Assembly (NCBI GenBank): GCA_016201065.1
Contig: JACQDL010000039.1
Coordinates: 1,870 to 65,869, forward strand
Reading direction: 5' to 3'
Length of the DNA: 64,000 bases
Source: Actinomycetota bacterium
Lineage (GTDB): Bacteria > Actinomycetota > Actinomycetes > Mycobacteriales > JACQDL01
Each line of letters starts with the position of its first letter. Positions within the stretch are counted from its first letter, which is position 1. The notes under the pieces are model-generated. The model did no database searches, was not told the origin of the DNA, and worked only from the letters and a program-made list of their open reading frames with translations. The position numbers and the translations under genes are program-made. Below, piece by piece: positions 25,073 through 33,158 of the stretch.

Positions 25073-27188
25073 GGCCAGCCGCCTCCCCTGCCGCGTGCTC
25101 CGCTGGCACGATCACCAGGTTGCCGAACCGGTCGACCCGGGCCGCGTACCCGGGGTGGAGCGGGACGGTCGCGCCGTACTCCTCGATGATCGCCGGTCCG
25201 GTGATCGCCGCTCCAGTCGCCAGCTCGGCCCGCTGGTAGATCGGGGTGTCGAGGTGGGTGGCGTCCCCGGCGCCGGTCCCGAAGCACACCGGGCGGGTGC
25301 CGGACATCACTGGCGGCGCGGGCGGGCGGCCGGTGTCGGGTTCCTCCCGCAACCGTGGCCGGCGGATCGGCCCGACGCCGGTGACCCGCAGGTTCACCCA
25401 CTCCACCGGCTGCTCGGGACGGCCGGCGAAGCTGTAGCCATACAGCCGGTGGTGCGCCTCGTGGAACGCCGCCGCCACCGCGTCGGCGTCCAGCAGCGGC
25501 TGGACCGGGACCCGCACCTCGAAGGCCTGCCCGAAGTACCGCAGGTCGGCCGAGCGGACGTAGCGGTGGCCGGACCGCGCGAACCCCTCGGCGTCCAGCG
25601 CCTTGGCGGCCCGGTCCTCCAGCGCGGCGAAGTGCGCGGTGACCGCGGCGACGTCCAGGCGCTCGTGCCGGGCCACGAAGGTCTGCACGTAGTCGTTCTT
25701 CACGTCGACGCTGAGCAGGCCGAACGCCGACAGGTTGCCGGGATCGCGCGGCACCACGACGGTCCGCACCCCGAGGATGTCCATCAGCCGGCAGGCCAGC
25801 AGCGACCCGGAGCCGCCGAAGGTGGTCAGGACGAAGTCCCGCACGTCCAGCCCGCGCCTGACGGTGATCTGGCGCAGCGCGTTGGCCTGGTTCCACGCGG
25901 AGATCTCCAGGATGCCGGTGGCGGTGGCCGTCGCGTCCAGGCCGAGCGCCGCGCCGAGCTCGGCCAGCCCGTCGCGGGCCGCGTCCGGATGCAGCGGCAC
26001 CTCGCCCCCGAGCAGGCTGGCCGGTATCCGGCCGAGCAGCAGGTGCGCGTCGGTGACGGTGGGCTGGCTGCCGCCGCGGCCGTAGCAGAGCGGCCCCGGG
26101 TCGGCGCCGGCCGACGCCGGCCCCACCTTCAGCGTGCCCTCCCGGGACAGCCACGCCACCGACCCGCCGCCGGCACCGACGGTGCCCACGTCGATCATCG
26201 GGATCTTGGAGGGGTAGCCGCCGACCGTCCCCTCGGTGGTCAGCGTCGGCTCACCGGAGAGCACCACCGACACGTCGGTGGAGGTGCCGCCGCCGTCCAG
26301 GGTGAGCACCCGGTCGAAGCCGGCGGCCTGCGCGACCAGGGCGGCACCCAGGGCGCCGGCCGCCGGCCCGGACAGCACGGTGGTGATCGGTTGGTGCACG
26401 ACCTCCTCGGCCGAGAGCACCCCGCCGTTGGACTTCATGATGTAGAACGGCACGCCGGGCGCCAGGCCGCCGAGGCGGGACCGGATCGCGGCGACGTACC
26501 GCCCGACGGTGGGTTTGACGGCGGCGTCGACGAGGGTGGTCATCGCCCGCTCGTACTCCCGGTACTCGGCGAGCACCTCGCTGGACAGCGACACCACCGC
26601 CTCGGGGTGCTCCTCGGCGAGGATCTCCCGCATCCGACGCTCGTGGGCCGGGTTGGCGTAGGCGTGCAGGAAGCACACGCCGAGGGTGCCGATCCCACGC
26701 TCCCGGTAGCCACGGGCGACCTGGCGGGCGCCGTCGTCGTCGAACGGCCGGAGCTCGCCGCCGGTGTGATCCAGCCGGCCGCCGACGGTGCGGACCAGGT
26801 CGGCCGGGACGATCCGGGGTGGTTTGACCCAGAAGTAGCTGTTGCCGTAGCCGTCCGGGACGCTCTGCCGGGCGATCTCCAGCAGGAACTCGAACCCCTC
26901 GGTGGTGATCAGCCCGATCCGCGTCACCTGCCCCTGGAGGAGCTGGTTGGTCGCCACGGTCGTGCCGTGACAGACGGCGACCAGCTCGGCGCCGCCAACG
27001 CCGTCGAAGCGGGCGAGGACCTTGCGCAGCCCGTCGAGGAACCCGACGGCCGGGTCGGCCGGGGTGGAGGGCGTCTTGGTGGTGACCAGCTCGCCGGTGT
27101 GCTCGTCAAAGGCCACCACGTCGGTGAAGGTGCCGCCGGTGTCGATCCCGACCCGGACCCGACGCCGCTGGCCGGCCGTCCGTCGCAC
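25062..27188 (-). CDS. hyuA: hydantoinase A / oxoprolinase family protein (ATP-dependent N-methylhydantoinase A-like)
   Basis: ORF 25062..27260 trimmed to GTG 27188 (VRRTAGQRRRVRVGIDTGGTFTDVVAFD). GGGAGG Shine-Dalgarno at 27192-27200 on the minus strand. Confidence 0.9.
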   Translation of the reverse strand: MRRTAGQRRRVRVGIDTGGTFTDVVAFDEHTGELVTTKTPSTPADPAVGFLDGLRKVLARFDGVGGAELVAVCHGTTVATNQLLQGQVTRIGLITTEGFEFLLEIARQSVPDGYGNSYFWVKPPRIVPADLVRTVGGRLDHTGGELRPFDDDGARQVARGYRERGIGTLGVCFLHAYANPAHERRMREILAEEHPEAVVSLSSEVLAEYREYERAMTTLVDAAVKPTVGRYVAAIRSRLGGLAPGVPFYIMKSNGGVLSAEEVVHQPITTVLSGPAAGALGAALVAQAAGFDRVLTLDGGGTSTDVSVVLSGEPTLTTEGTVGGYPSKIPMIDVGTVGAGGGSVAWLSREGTLKVGPASAGADPGPLCYGRGGSQPTVTDAHLLLGRIPASLLGGEVPLHPDAARDGLAELGAALGLDATATATGILEISAWNQANALRQITVRRGLDVRDFVLTTFGGSGSLLACRLMDILGVRTVVVPRDPGNLSAFGLLSVDVKNDYVQTFVARHERLDVAAVTAHFAALEDRAAKALDAEGFARSGHRYVRSADLRYFGQAFEVRVPVQPLLDADAVAAAFHEAHHRLYGYSFAGRPEQPVEWVNLRVTGVGPIRRPRLREEPDTGRPPAPPVMSGTRPVCFGTGAGDATHLDTPIYQRAELATGAAITGPAIIEEYGATVPLHPGYAARVDRFGNLVIVPAEHAAGEAAGHVG

Positions 27189-27270
27189 CGCACACCTCCC
27201 GTCGTACCGAGCTGGCCGTGCCGTGGACTGGTGGTCCCCCGCCGAGCATTCAACCGGCATCGCCGCGACC

Positions 27271-27299
27271 GTTCCTCGGCAACATCTGCCGAGAGGAAC
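27271..27299 (-). terminator. imperfect hairpin between ydjM-like and hyuA (terminator or operator)
   Basis: gttcctcggca / acatc / tgccgagaggaac: an 11-13 bp stem with a 2-nt bulge. It lies 50-78 nt downstream of the ydjM-like stop and about 85-110 nt upstream of the hyuA start. No U-tract. Confidence 0.3.
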
Positions 27300-27348
27300 C
27301 GGGTACGGTCGTCAAGACACGCCGCTCCGGCGCACCAAGCCGGGGAAC

Positions 27349-28041
27349 CTAGCGCGGAGCGATGGTCAACACGTACAGGGCAGCCACGGTCCCCACGCTC
27401 ATCAGCGGCGAGACGACCCACACCTCCACCCTGTTGCCGGTCCGGGAGATCAGCGGGATCTCGAACCGCATCTTGATCGGCCACAGGAGCGGGACGCCCC
27501 GCTCGGTCATGAAGTCGCCCGCGAGGTGGACCAGGCACCCGAACCCAACCAGCCAGGGCAACCACACCGGCTCGTCGGGGAGCCACTGGTCGATCATCGC
27601 CGTACCGAGTGTCGCGGCGATGACCACCGGCCCCCACGCGCGGACGCCGTCACCACCGGGGTGCAGGTGCAGCGCGATGCCGGCGAGCGCGAGCAGGACG
27701 AAGGTCACCCCGACCGCGAAGTACCGCCCCAGGTAGTGCACCCCCGCCCAGCTCCCGCCACCCGCCGCAGCGGCGAACAACAACGAGTGGGTCGCGTGCC
27801 GGTGCCCGCCGGAGACCCGCTCGACAAAGCGGGTGAGCACCTTCGTCACCGGCCCGAGGGCGTTGGCGATGGTGCCACCGTGGTGGTCGAGATCGGGGAT
27901 CAGGGCCGCACCGGCTGCGAGCGCGGTCCCGACGATCACGTCGTGCGCGCTGAGCGTCGTGTGCAGCCAGATCGGCGGAAGGGTCGGGGCGAGGGCCGCC
28001 CAGGCGAAGGCGCCGCTGATGGCGTGCGAGTGTCCGAGCAC
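27349..28041 (-). CDS. membrane-bound metal-dependent hydrolase, YdjM/DUF457 family
   Basis: ORF 27349..28098. The probable start is GTG 28041 (VLGHSHAISGAFAWAALA), or GTG 28062. Multiple TM helices, the IPDLDHHGGTI and GHRHATHSLLF His motifs, and a HLAGDFMT motif are present. Confidence 0.7.
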   Translation of the reverse strand: MLGHSHAISGAFAWAALAPTLPPIWLHTTLSAHDVIVGTALAAGAALIPDLDHHGGTIANALGPVTKVLTRFVERVSGGHRHATHSLLFAAAAGGGSWAGVHYLGRYFAVGVTFVLLALAGIALHLHPGGDGVRAWGPVVIAATLGTAMIDQWLPDEPVWLPWLVGFGCLVHLAGDFMTERGVPLLWPIKMRFEIPLISRTGNRVEVWVVSPLMSVGTVAALYVLTIAPR

Positions 28042-28472
28042 GAGCCTGGACGCTAACAGCACGCACCGACACGTTGCCGACGTACCTCCGCACGCCACCC
28101 GTTGCGGTGCGGGCCGGGCGCGGGCTGGGGCTCCCCAGATCCGGTGACGCAGGCTCCTCCGGTCGCCCGCCAGCCGATGGGTGCGACCGTGGATGTTTCC
28201 GACCTTGTCGACCCATCGTCAGCAATCCGGGCGATGAGCACTTCCGACATGATTGCGAGCCGTTGCGCACCGCAAACTCAGGGGCGCAGCGCAAGGCCGT
28301 CGATGTTCGGGTTGCGCGACGCGCCCGGACGGCTTCGGTCGGGTAGCGGAGGTCAGCTACCTCGGCCATGTCTATGGCACCCGGATCGCATTGGACCGGA
28401 TGCTGCCGCGACCGGCGGACGATCGTGCAGGTCGGCACTGACCGTCCCCGTACGCGGGACCCGGCCGAGCCT

Positions 28473-29435
28473 TCACGCCTCCGACGTCCCGTACGGCCCG
28501 AGAAAACGCTCACCATCAAAGTGGATGAGATGGGTCGGATTGTCCGCGCACCACGCTTCCGTCTCCCAGGCTATGGCGGCCAGGTACCTACGCATCTCGC
28601 GGCGATCAGGAAAACACGACACGTAAACCAGACCGGCGGAGGAGCCGGCAAAGAGTGACGTCAGCTCGCCGTGACGCTTTCCGTCGATCGGTCCGTGCGA
28701 GGATGTGGCTTCCAGCAGCACGAGCCAATTCTTCTCCGGCAAGTGGACGACAAGATCGGGCATCTTGCCGTGAGTGTTGACCGTGACGCCAAGCGCCTCC
28801 AACGCCGCCTGGTCGAAAACCGCCCACTTCGTGTCCGCGTCGCCGATGTAGAGCACCTCGCCGCCGGGCATGAAACGGGGACAGAAGTCCTCAACGATCT
28901 GCTTCAGGAGAATGTTCTGCCCGCCCGGGCTCAGAGTCAGCGCCGACCCGCCTGGCAAGGTGACCGGTATCCGGTTCATCTCGCGCGCAGCGTTGTAAAG
29001 AGCCCGCAGACCAGGCACGTCCTTGAGGTACCGCTCCAGGAGAATTGCGTGATCGTCTTGGCCAATCGTCCTGACGACGTCAAGCGCGCGCGGGTGGATG
29101 CAGTAACACCAACGAGGCGAGTTCACTGGCCGATCGGGTTTGTCGGGATTCTGCTCAACAAGCAGGGCCTCCGCGAACTGATGGAGTGTGAAACGTCGGA
29201 TTGTCTCGCGCGTGTTCGGTGCGTAATCCCGGTCGTACTCGTCGCGGGCCCAGTCCATGATCGCGCGGGTGCCAAGCAGCGGATTCGCGACATGGCTCCA
29301 CGGTGTTGTCGGAGTCAGGCCAAGTAGTGCCAGGACAACAAGCGCCGATCTCTCGTTCGTTCGCTCGCGGTCAAACCCCAGCTCTGCCAGCAACACCCGC
29401 GCTTCTCGAATTCTGTGGGCGGCATGCTCGTTCAC
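28473..29435 (-). CDS. type II restriction endonuclease, BsuBI/PstI family
   Basis: ORF 28473..29435, 320 aa. N-terminal HTH-like region, and a C-terminal catalytic region (PDLVVHLPEKNWLVLLEATSSHGPIDGKRH) as I recall for BsuBI/PstI enzymes. 4-nt overlap with the upstream methyltransferase. Visibly lower GC than flanking DNA. Confidence 0.8.
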   Translation of the reverse strand: MNEHAAHRIREARVLLAELGFDRERTNERSALVVLALLGLTPTTPWSHVANPLLGTRAIMDWARDEYDRDYAPNTRETIRRFTLHQFAEALLVEQNPDKPDRPVNSPRWCYCIHPRALDVVRTIGQDDHAILLERYLKDVPGLRALYNAAREMNRIPVTLPGGSALTLSPGGQNILLKQIVEDFCPRFMPGGEVLYIGDADTKWAVFDQAALEALGVTVNTHGKMPDLVVHLPEKNWLVLLEATSSHGPIDGKRHGELTSLFAGSSAGLVYVSCFPDRREMRRYLAAIAWETEAWCADNPTHLIHFDGERFLGPYGTSEA

Positions 29436-30976
29436 GCGGCAATTCCGCGCGCAGTGACTACCTTGTTCACGATGGCATCGAGCTCAGCCTGGTCAGGTAG
29501 GAGTACCGAACGGTCAGCTCCGAGGGCGCGAAGCTGGGCGACCGATGGAAAACGGAGGGTACGCAGGTCGCCGGCGTTGACCTGAGTGTGACCAGAAAAT
29601 GTTCTGAAATATGTGTCGACCACGCTACTGTTCAACCAGTAGCTCAAGCCGAGCGCCAGCGGCAGATCGAGTCCCGCTCCGCGGACGTGCAGGACATTGA
29701 CATGATTCTCGAAGGCAACGGGGTCGGCGCTTTGCTCAGCGAGCCACACCGCGGCAACAACCCGGCGTCGCTCCTCCTTTGCCGAAAAACGCTTCACGAG
29801 TACGTAGTTGCCGGGGGGAAGAAGTAGCTTCTCGTCGGCCGGCTCAGTGACAAGGAAACCCTGCGCCTTACGAATATCGCGCGGCCATTCCACAACGCCT
29901 GAGCGGAGGTTCCCGGGATAGACCAATGGTACAGCGCGATCACGGTCAGCAGGCACGAGAGAGGTGCGGGAGCGGAAGTCAACAACACGACCAGTCGATA
30001 CCTGGACTCCAAGATCGGAACAGGAAGCAGGCATCGACGTCATCAGTTCGGCAATCGTGGTGTCATCGTCGCCGGCCGGTATCCGAATGAAGCGGTGAAC
30101 GTCGCCAGAGTTCACGACGGCGGAGTACGGTACGACGCGGACCGACGCCGGGTCCTTGTGTCCGTGGCTCACCGTGAGGACCACGTCCTCGCCCTTTCGG
30201 CCGCGTGTTGCCGCAAAAATAATGTTCTCCTGCAAGACGCCGGTCTCCGAAAAGACGGTGGATCGCGACTCGAAGATGTGGATGTGGTCCAGCGCCACCA
30301 TGTCCAGCATGAATCGACGGAACTGAGCGAAGTATGGGCCGTTGGCGAACGAACGCGGCGTGATGGCGACGAGTTGCCCGTCCGACGAGAGCGCCACGGT
30401 GCCGAGCGCGAGGAAGGCGGCGTAGAGGTTCGGGCACTCGACGCCCTGCTGCAACAGCGCCTTCCGCTGCGCAGAGGAGGAAGCAAGCTTGCGATACGGC
30501 GGATTCATGATCACGATGTCGAACGGCTCATCGACCGATGGGTGCCGGTCGAGCAGACCGGTTGATAGGTCGATGAAGTCACCGACAACGACCCCAGTGG
30601 TGACCCGCAATCCGTACCGGTCGAAGGTCTGCGTGATGTCCGCCAAGGTTTCAGCGAGAGCCTTGGCCACAGCTGCGTCGATCTCGACGGCGACTATCTC
30701 AAGATCGATTTCCAGACATTCACCCAGGACGCGGGCCGCGAGCGCGGCCGCGAGCGCACCTGTGCCGGCTCCAGGATCGAGGACCCTGAGCCGGCCGGAC
30801 AGTGGCAGACGAGGAAGCGCGGCGATCAGGGCAGCCGCAGCCTCCGGCGTGAAGAACTGGCCAAACTTGGCTTGATCGACGTCGTTGAGACCCGCGAGGC
30901 ATCGGACACGACGCGCTTCGGCGCGCTCCCTGAGCCGCAGCGCGTCGCGCTGCCGATCTGCCGCTGACACCGCCAT
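29432..30976 (-). CDS. N6-adenine DNA methyltransferase (gamma class, Eco57I/PstI-methylase-like)
   Basis: ORF 29432..31063. The likely start is ATG 30976 (MAVSAADRQRDAL...). Carries FGQFFTP, motif I VLDPGAGTGALAAA and motif IV IVIMNPPYRK. Confidence 0.88.
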   Translation of the reverse strand: MAVSAADRQRDALRLRERAEARRVRCLAGLNDVDQAKFGQFFTPEAAAALIAALPRLPLSGRLRVLDPGAGTGALAAALAARVLGECLEIDLEIVAVEIDAAVAKALAETLADITQTFDRYGLRVTTGVVVGDFIDLSTGLLDRHPSVDEPFDIVIMNPPYRKLASSSAQRKALLQQGVECPNLYAAFLALGTVALSSDGQLVAITPRSFANGPYFAQFRRFMLDMVALDHIHIFESRSTVFSETGVLQENIIFAATRGRKGEDVVLTVSHGHKDPASVRVVPYSAVVNSGDVHRFIRIPAGDDDTTIAELMTSMPASCSDLGVQVSTGRVVDFRSRTSLVPADRDRAVPLVYPGNLRSGVVEWPRDIRKAQGFLVTEPADEKLLLPPGNYVLVKRFSAKEERRRVVAAVWLAEQSADPVAFENHVNVLHVRGAGLDLPLALGLSYWLNSSVVDTYFRTFSGHTQVNAGDLRTLRFPSVAQLRALGADRSVLLPDQAELDAIVNKVVTARGIAA

Positions 30977-31114
30977 CCGCGCTCCCGCCTCCCCAAGTGT
31001 CCACGAAAGGCTAGCGCGAGAGGCTGACGTCTCCGCTGCGGCTCGCTTGGCTACGCAGGCCACGGGTCGGGCGGCCGGGTCGTCGAACCGCGCTTCCGGC
31101 CGCCCCAGCGGCGC

Positions 31115-31324
31115 TCAGGCGAGGTGGTCGAACTCGCCCTTCTTGGCGCCGTCCAGCCACGCGGCGAACTCGGCGGGGGTGTAGCGCAGGACCGGACCGG
31201 CCTGGTCCTTGCTGTCCCGGACCTCGATGACGTCCCCGTCGCGCCGCATCTCGACGCAGTTCATGTTGTTGCCCGAGCGGGTCGCCTTGATCCACTGGGG
31301 GGCCTCGCCGGCCTCGATGCTCAT
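31115..31324 (-). CDS. DUF397 domain protein (BldB/WhiJ-associated small protein)
   Basis: ORF 31115..31324. WIKATRSGNNMNCVEMRRDGDVIEVRDSKDQAGPVLRYTPAEFAAWLDGAKKGEFD is the DUF397 pattern. ATGA overlap with the upstream XRE gene. Confidence 0.85.
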   Translation of the reverse strand: MSIEAGEAPQWIKATRSGNNMNCVEMRRDGDVIEVRDSKDQAGPVLRYTPAEFAAWLDGAKKGEFDHLA

Positions 31325-32178
31325 ACCGGGTGCTCCTCGAACGGGACGCTCTGCGGGTAGACGTGGTCGATGATACGGGCATAGCGCGCGACCTGGTCCG
31401 GCAGCTCGAAGTAGGAGCTGCCGACCGCCGACTCGACGTAGACCACGGTCGGGTCGTCCGGGTCCTCGAACCGCATCAGGGTGAAACCGCCGGCCATCGC
31501 CGCGTGGGCGCCGCTCTCCCAGGGCAGGATGCGCAGCTCGACCCGGTCGTCGGCGGCAAGCTCGCGCAGGTGGGCGAGCTGCCCGGCCATCACGGCGGGG
31601 CCGCCGACCTGCCGGGCCAGCGCCCCCGGCCCCAGCACCACCTGGAGCCGGACCGGCGGGGTGCGCCCGAAGATTATCTCCTTCCGCTGCATCCGGATTG
31701 CGACCCGCCGCTCGACGGCCTCCTCGTCCGGGTCCGACTCATGCGCCCGCTCCACCTCGCGGGCGTAGTCGGCGGTCTGCACCAGCCCCAGGATCACGTC
31801 CGGCATGTAGCTCTGGATCACCGAGGCGGCCGACTCCAGCCCGATGTAGAACCCCATGCTGGTCGCGGACAACGTCTCCTTGTCCTCCCACCAGCCCCGG
31901 GACTGGGAGCCGACGGCGAGCTCGTAGAGCGACAGCGTCGTCGGCCGGTCCAGGCCGTAGAGCAGGCTCAGCTCCAGGACGGTGCCGGGGGTGACCGCCA
32001 CCCGGCCGCTCTCGTAGCGGTGCAGGGTCGCCTTGGAGACGACACCCGAGACGCTGACGTCGTCGATCTTCTTGCCGGCTCCGATCCGGGTCTGGCGCAG
32101 CCGCCGGCCCAGCTGGCGGCGGACGATGGTGGGCCCACTGACGGACATCCGCATCTCCCGAACGTTGAGCGAGGACAA
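31321..32178 (-). CDS. XRE-family HTH regulator, WhiJ-like (DUF5753 C-terminal domain)
   Basis: ORF 31321..32178. The start is possibly the internal ATG 32148 (MSVSGPTIVRRQLGRRLRQTR). HTH region KATLHRYESG. C-terminal region VLGLVQTADYAREV...LRILPWESGAHAAMAGGFTLMRF. Confidence 0.85.
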   Translation of the reverse strand: MSSLNVREMRMSVSGPTIVRRQLGRRLRQTRIGAGKKIDDVSVSGVVSKATLHRYESGRVAVTPGTVLELSLLYGLDRPTTLSLYELAVGSQSRGWWEDKETLSATSMGFYIGLESAASVIQSYMPDVILGLVQTADYAREVERAHESDPDEEAVERRVAIRMQRKEIIFGRTPPVRLQVVLGPGALARQVGGPAVMAGQLAHLRELAADDRVELRILPWESGAHAAMAGGFTLMRFEDPDDPTVVYVESAVGSSYFELPDQVARYARIIDHVYPQSVPFEEHPV

Positions 32179-32256
32179 CAGTGTCAGGTCTCACGCTGAG
32201 ACCATGATCGTGATGAGAGGTGGCGGGGCAGGTTGCCTGCGGCCGATGCTCGCACC

Positions 32257-32715
32257 ATGACGCACGACACACCCAGCCTCCGTCGCCGCGTGGCGCGATC
32301 AATCACCCGGTCTCGCGACGCGGTAGCCGGCCAGGGGCGCGACGGGCCGCCGGCGGGGTGGGCGCTGCTGATCCCGGCCCGCACCGAACTGCCCTGCGAG
32401 CTGGTTCCGGTGCCGCTGACGGCGGCCGGCATCAGCGACTCGATCGGCGGGGGCCTGCTGGAGGAGGTCGTCTGCGGCCCCGACCCGGACGGGGCACACA
32501 CCGTCTACCAGGACGCCGCCCGCGAGATGAAGGCGCTACCGGACAACCCTCGGGCCGCGCGGCTGGCCGCCCGGTTGGGGTGGCCCTACCTCACCGGCCC
32601 GACCCCGCTGCGCGGGGACGCCCTCGTGCTCGGGCTGGACGAACACGGTGCGGACGCCGACGTGCCCGATGTCGTCCTGGCCGCCGCCGTACGCGAGGGG
32701 CTGCTTCGCGGTTGA
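32257..32715 (+). CDS. DUF3846 domain protein
   Basis: ORF 32233..32715 with ATG 32257 preferred. ALLIPARTELPCELVPVP...GGLLEEVVCGPDPDGAHTVYQDAAREMKALPDNPRAARLA...GDALVLGLDEHGADADVP follows the DUF3846 pattern from memory. Divergent from the XRE gene. Confidence 0.55.
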   Translation: MTHDTPSLRRRVARSITRSRDAVAGQGRDGPPAGWALLIPARTELPCELVPVPLTAAGISDSIGGGLLEEVVCGPDPDGAHTVYQDAAREMKALPDNPRAARLAARLGWPYLTGPTPLRGDALVLGLDEHGADADVPDVVLAAAVREGLLRG

Positions 32716-32719
32716 CCCG

Positions 32720-32769
32720 GCGCCGCGGCTCAGTCCCGGCGGAATGGGCTGCGGGCCGGCCGCCGCAGG
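32720..32769. repeat. 50-bp direct repeat, copy 1 (duplicate of the CN-hydrolase 3' end)
   Basis: gcgccgcggCtcagtcccggcggaatgggctgcgggccggccgccgcagg is identical to 34484-34533 except for one base. This is visible in three reading frames of the ORF track: [28 protein letters not shown] and [13 protein letters not shown] each occur twice. Confidence 0.9.
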
Positions 32770-32778
32770 CCCGGGACC

Positions 32779-33063
32779 GCGCTGTACTGGTTCACCGGCA
32801 CAGCGGGCTCCTCGGCACGGCTGTACCACGAGGGCGCGGCCGTCGCGTGGGGCCCGCAGCGACTCTCGACGGTGCCCACCGGGGTCGCCGTCTTCGCGAG
32901 GGACATTGGCATCCGCCGGTTCGCGGAGCGCACCAACATCATCGTGCACTGGTCGGAATTCGATCGGGGCGGCCACTTCGCCGCGCTCCAGGCACCCGAC
33001 CTGTTGGTGGGTGACGTGCGCGCGTTCTTCCACGGCAACGTCGCGGTGGCACCTGGATGGTGA
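32779..33063 (+). pseudogene. C-terminal fragment of an epoxide hydrolase (alpha/beta hydrolase), 5'-truncated
   Basis: Frame of ORF 32872..33063 extended upstream gives ALYWFTGTAGSSARLYHEGAAVAWGPQRLSTVPTGVAVFARDIGIRRFAERTNIIVHWSEFDRGGHFAALQAPDLLVGDVRAFF. Only the last ~90 aa of a ~380-aa family are present, and homology begins right after repeat copy 1. Confidence 0.65.
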
Positions 33064-33087
33064 TGCGCGGCAGATCACGCACCAACT

Positions 33088-33158
33088 GTGCGGCAAGATC
33101 CGCCCATCCTTTGCGGCAGAATACGCACCCACCTTGCGGCGAGATACGCACGCCCAGC
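33088..33158 (+). repeat. three 23-bp direct repeats (TGCGGC-N4-AT-N-CGC...CCA) immediately upstream of the DUF4143 ATPase gene
   Basis: The three copies are gTGCGGCaagATcCGCcCAtcc, tttGCGGCagaATaCGCaCCCAcc and tTGCGGCgagATaCGCaCgCCCAgc. The TGCGGC cores sit at 33089, 33112 and 33135, exactly 23 bp apart. The block ends 13 nt before GTG 33172. Confidence 0.7.

Noticed and set aside
28099-28472. Small ORFs (28102..28626, 28253..28441, 28368..28658 and others) in the gap next to the restriction endonuclease, considered as a possible C-protein or Vsr
   Set aside because: They have no HTH or endonuclease motifs and odd composition. They overlap each other and the 3' end of the R gene. I treat the interval as non-coding island filler.
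31321-32178. The idea that the XRE regulator is the controller (C) protein of the adjacent R-M system
   Set aside because: C-proteins are ~80-aa single-domain HTH proteins encoded within the R-M unit. This is a 285-aa WhiJ-type regulator with its own DUF397 partner, and its high native GC contrasts with the lower-GC R-M genes. I kept only the possibility of incidental regulation as a low-priority test.
32730-33038. 102-aa minus-strand ORF ending with the same [12 protein letters not shown] as the CN-hydrolase
   Set aside because: Only its last 12 codons are the duplicated hydrolase 3' end. The rest has no hydrolase similarity, while the opposite strand carries clear epoxide-hydrolase C-terminal homology. 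It is a by-product of the 50-bp duplication, not a gene.
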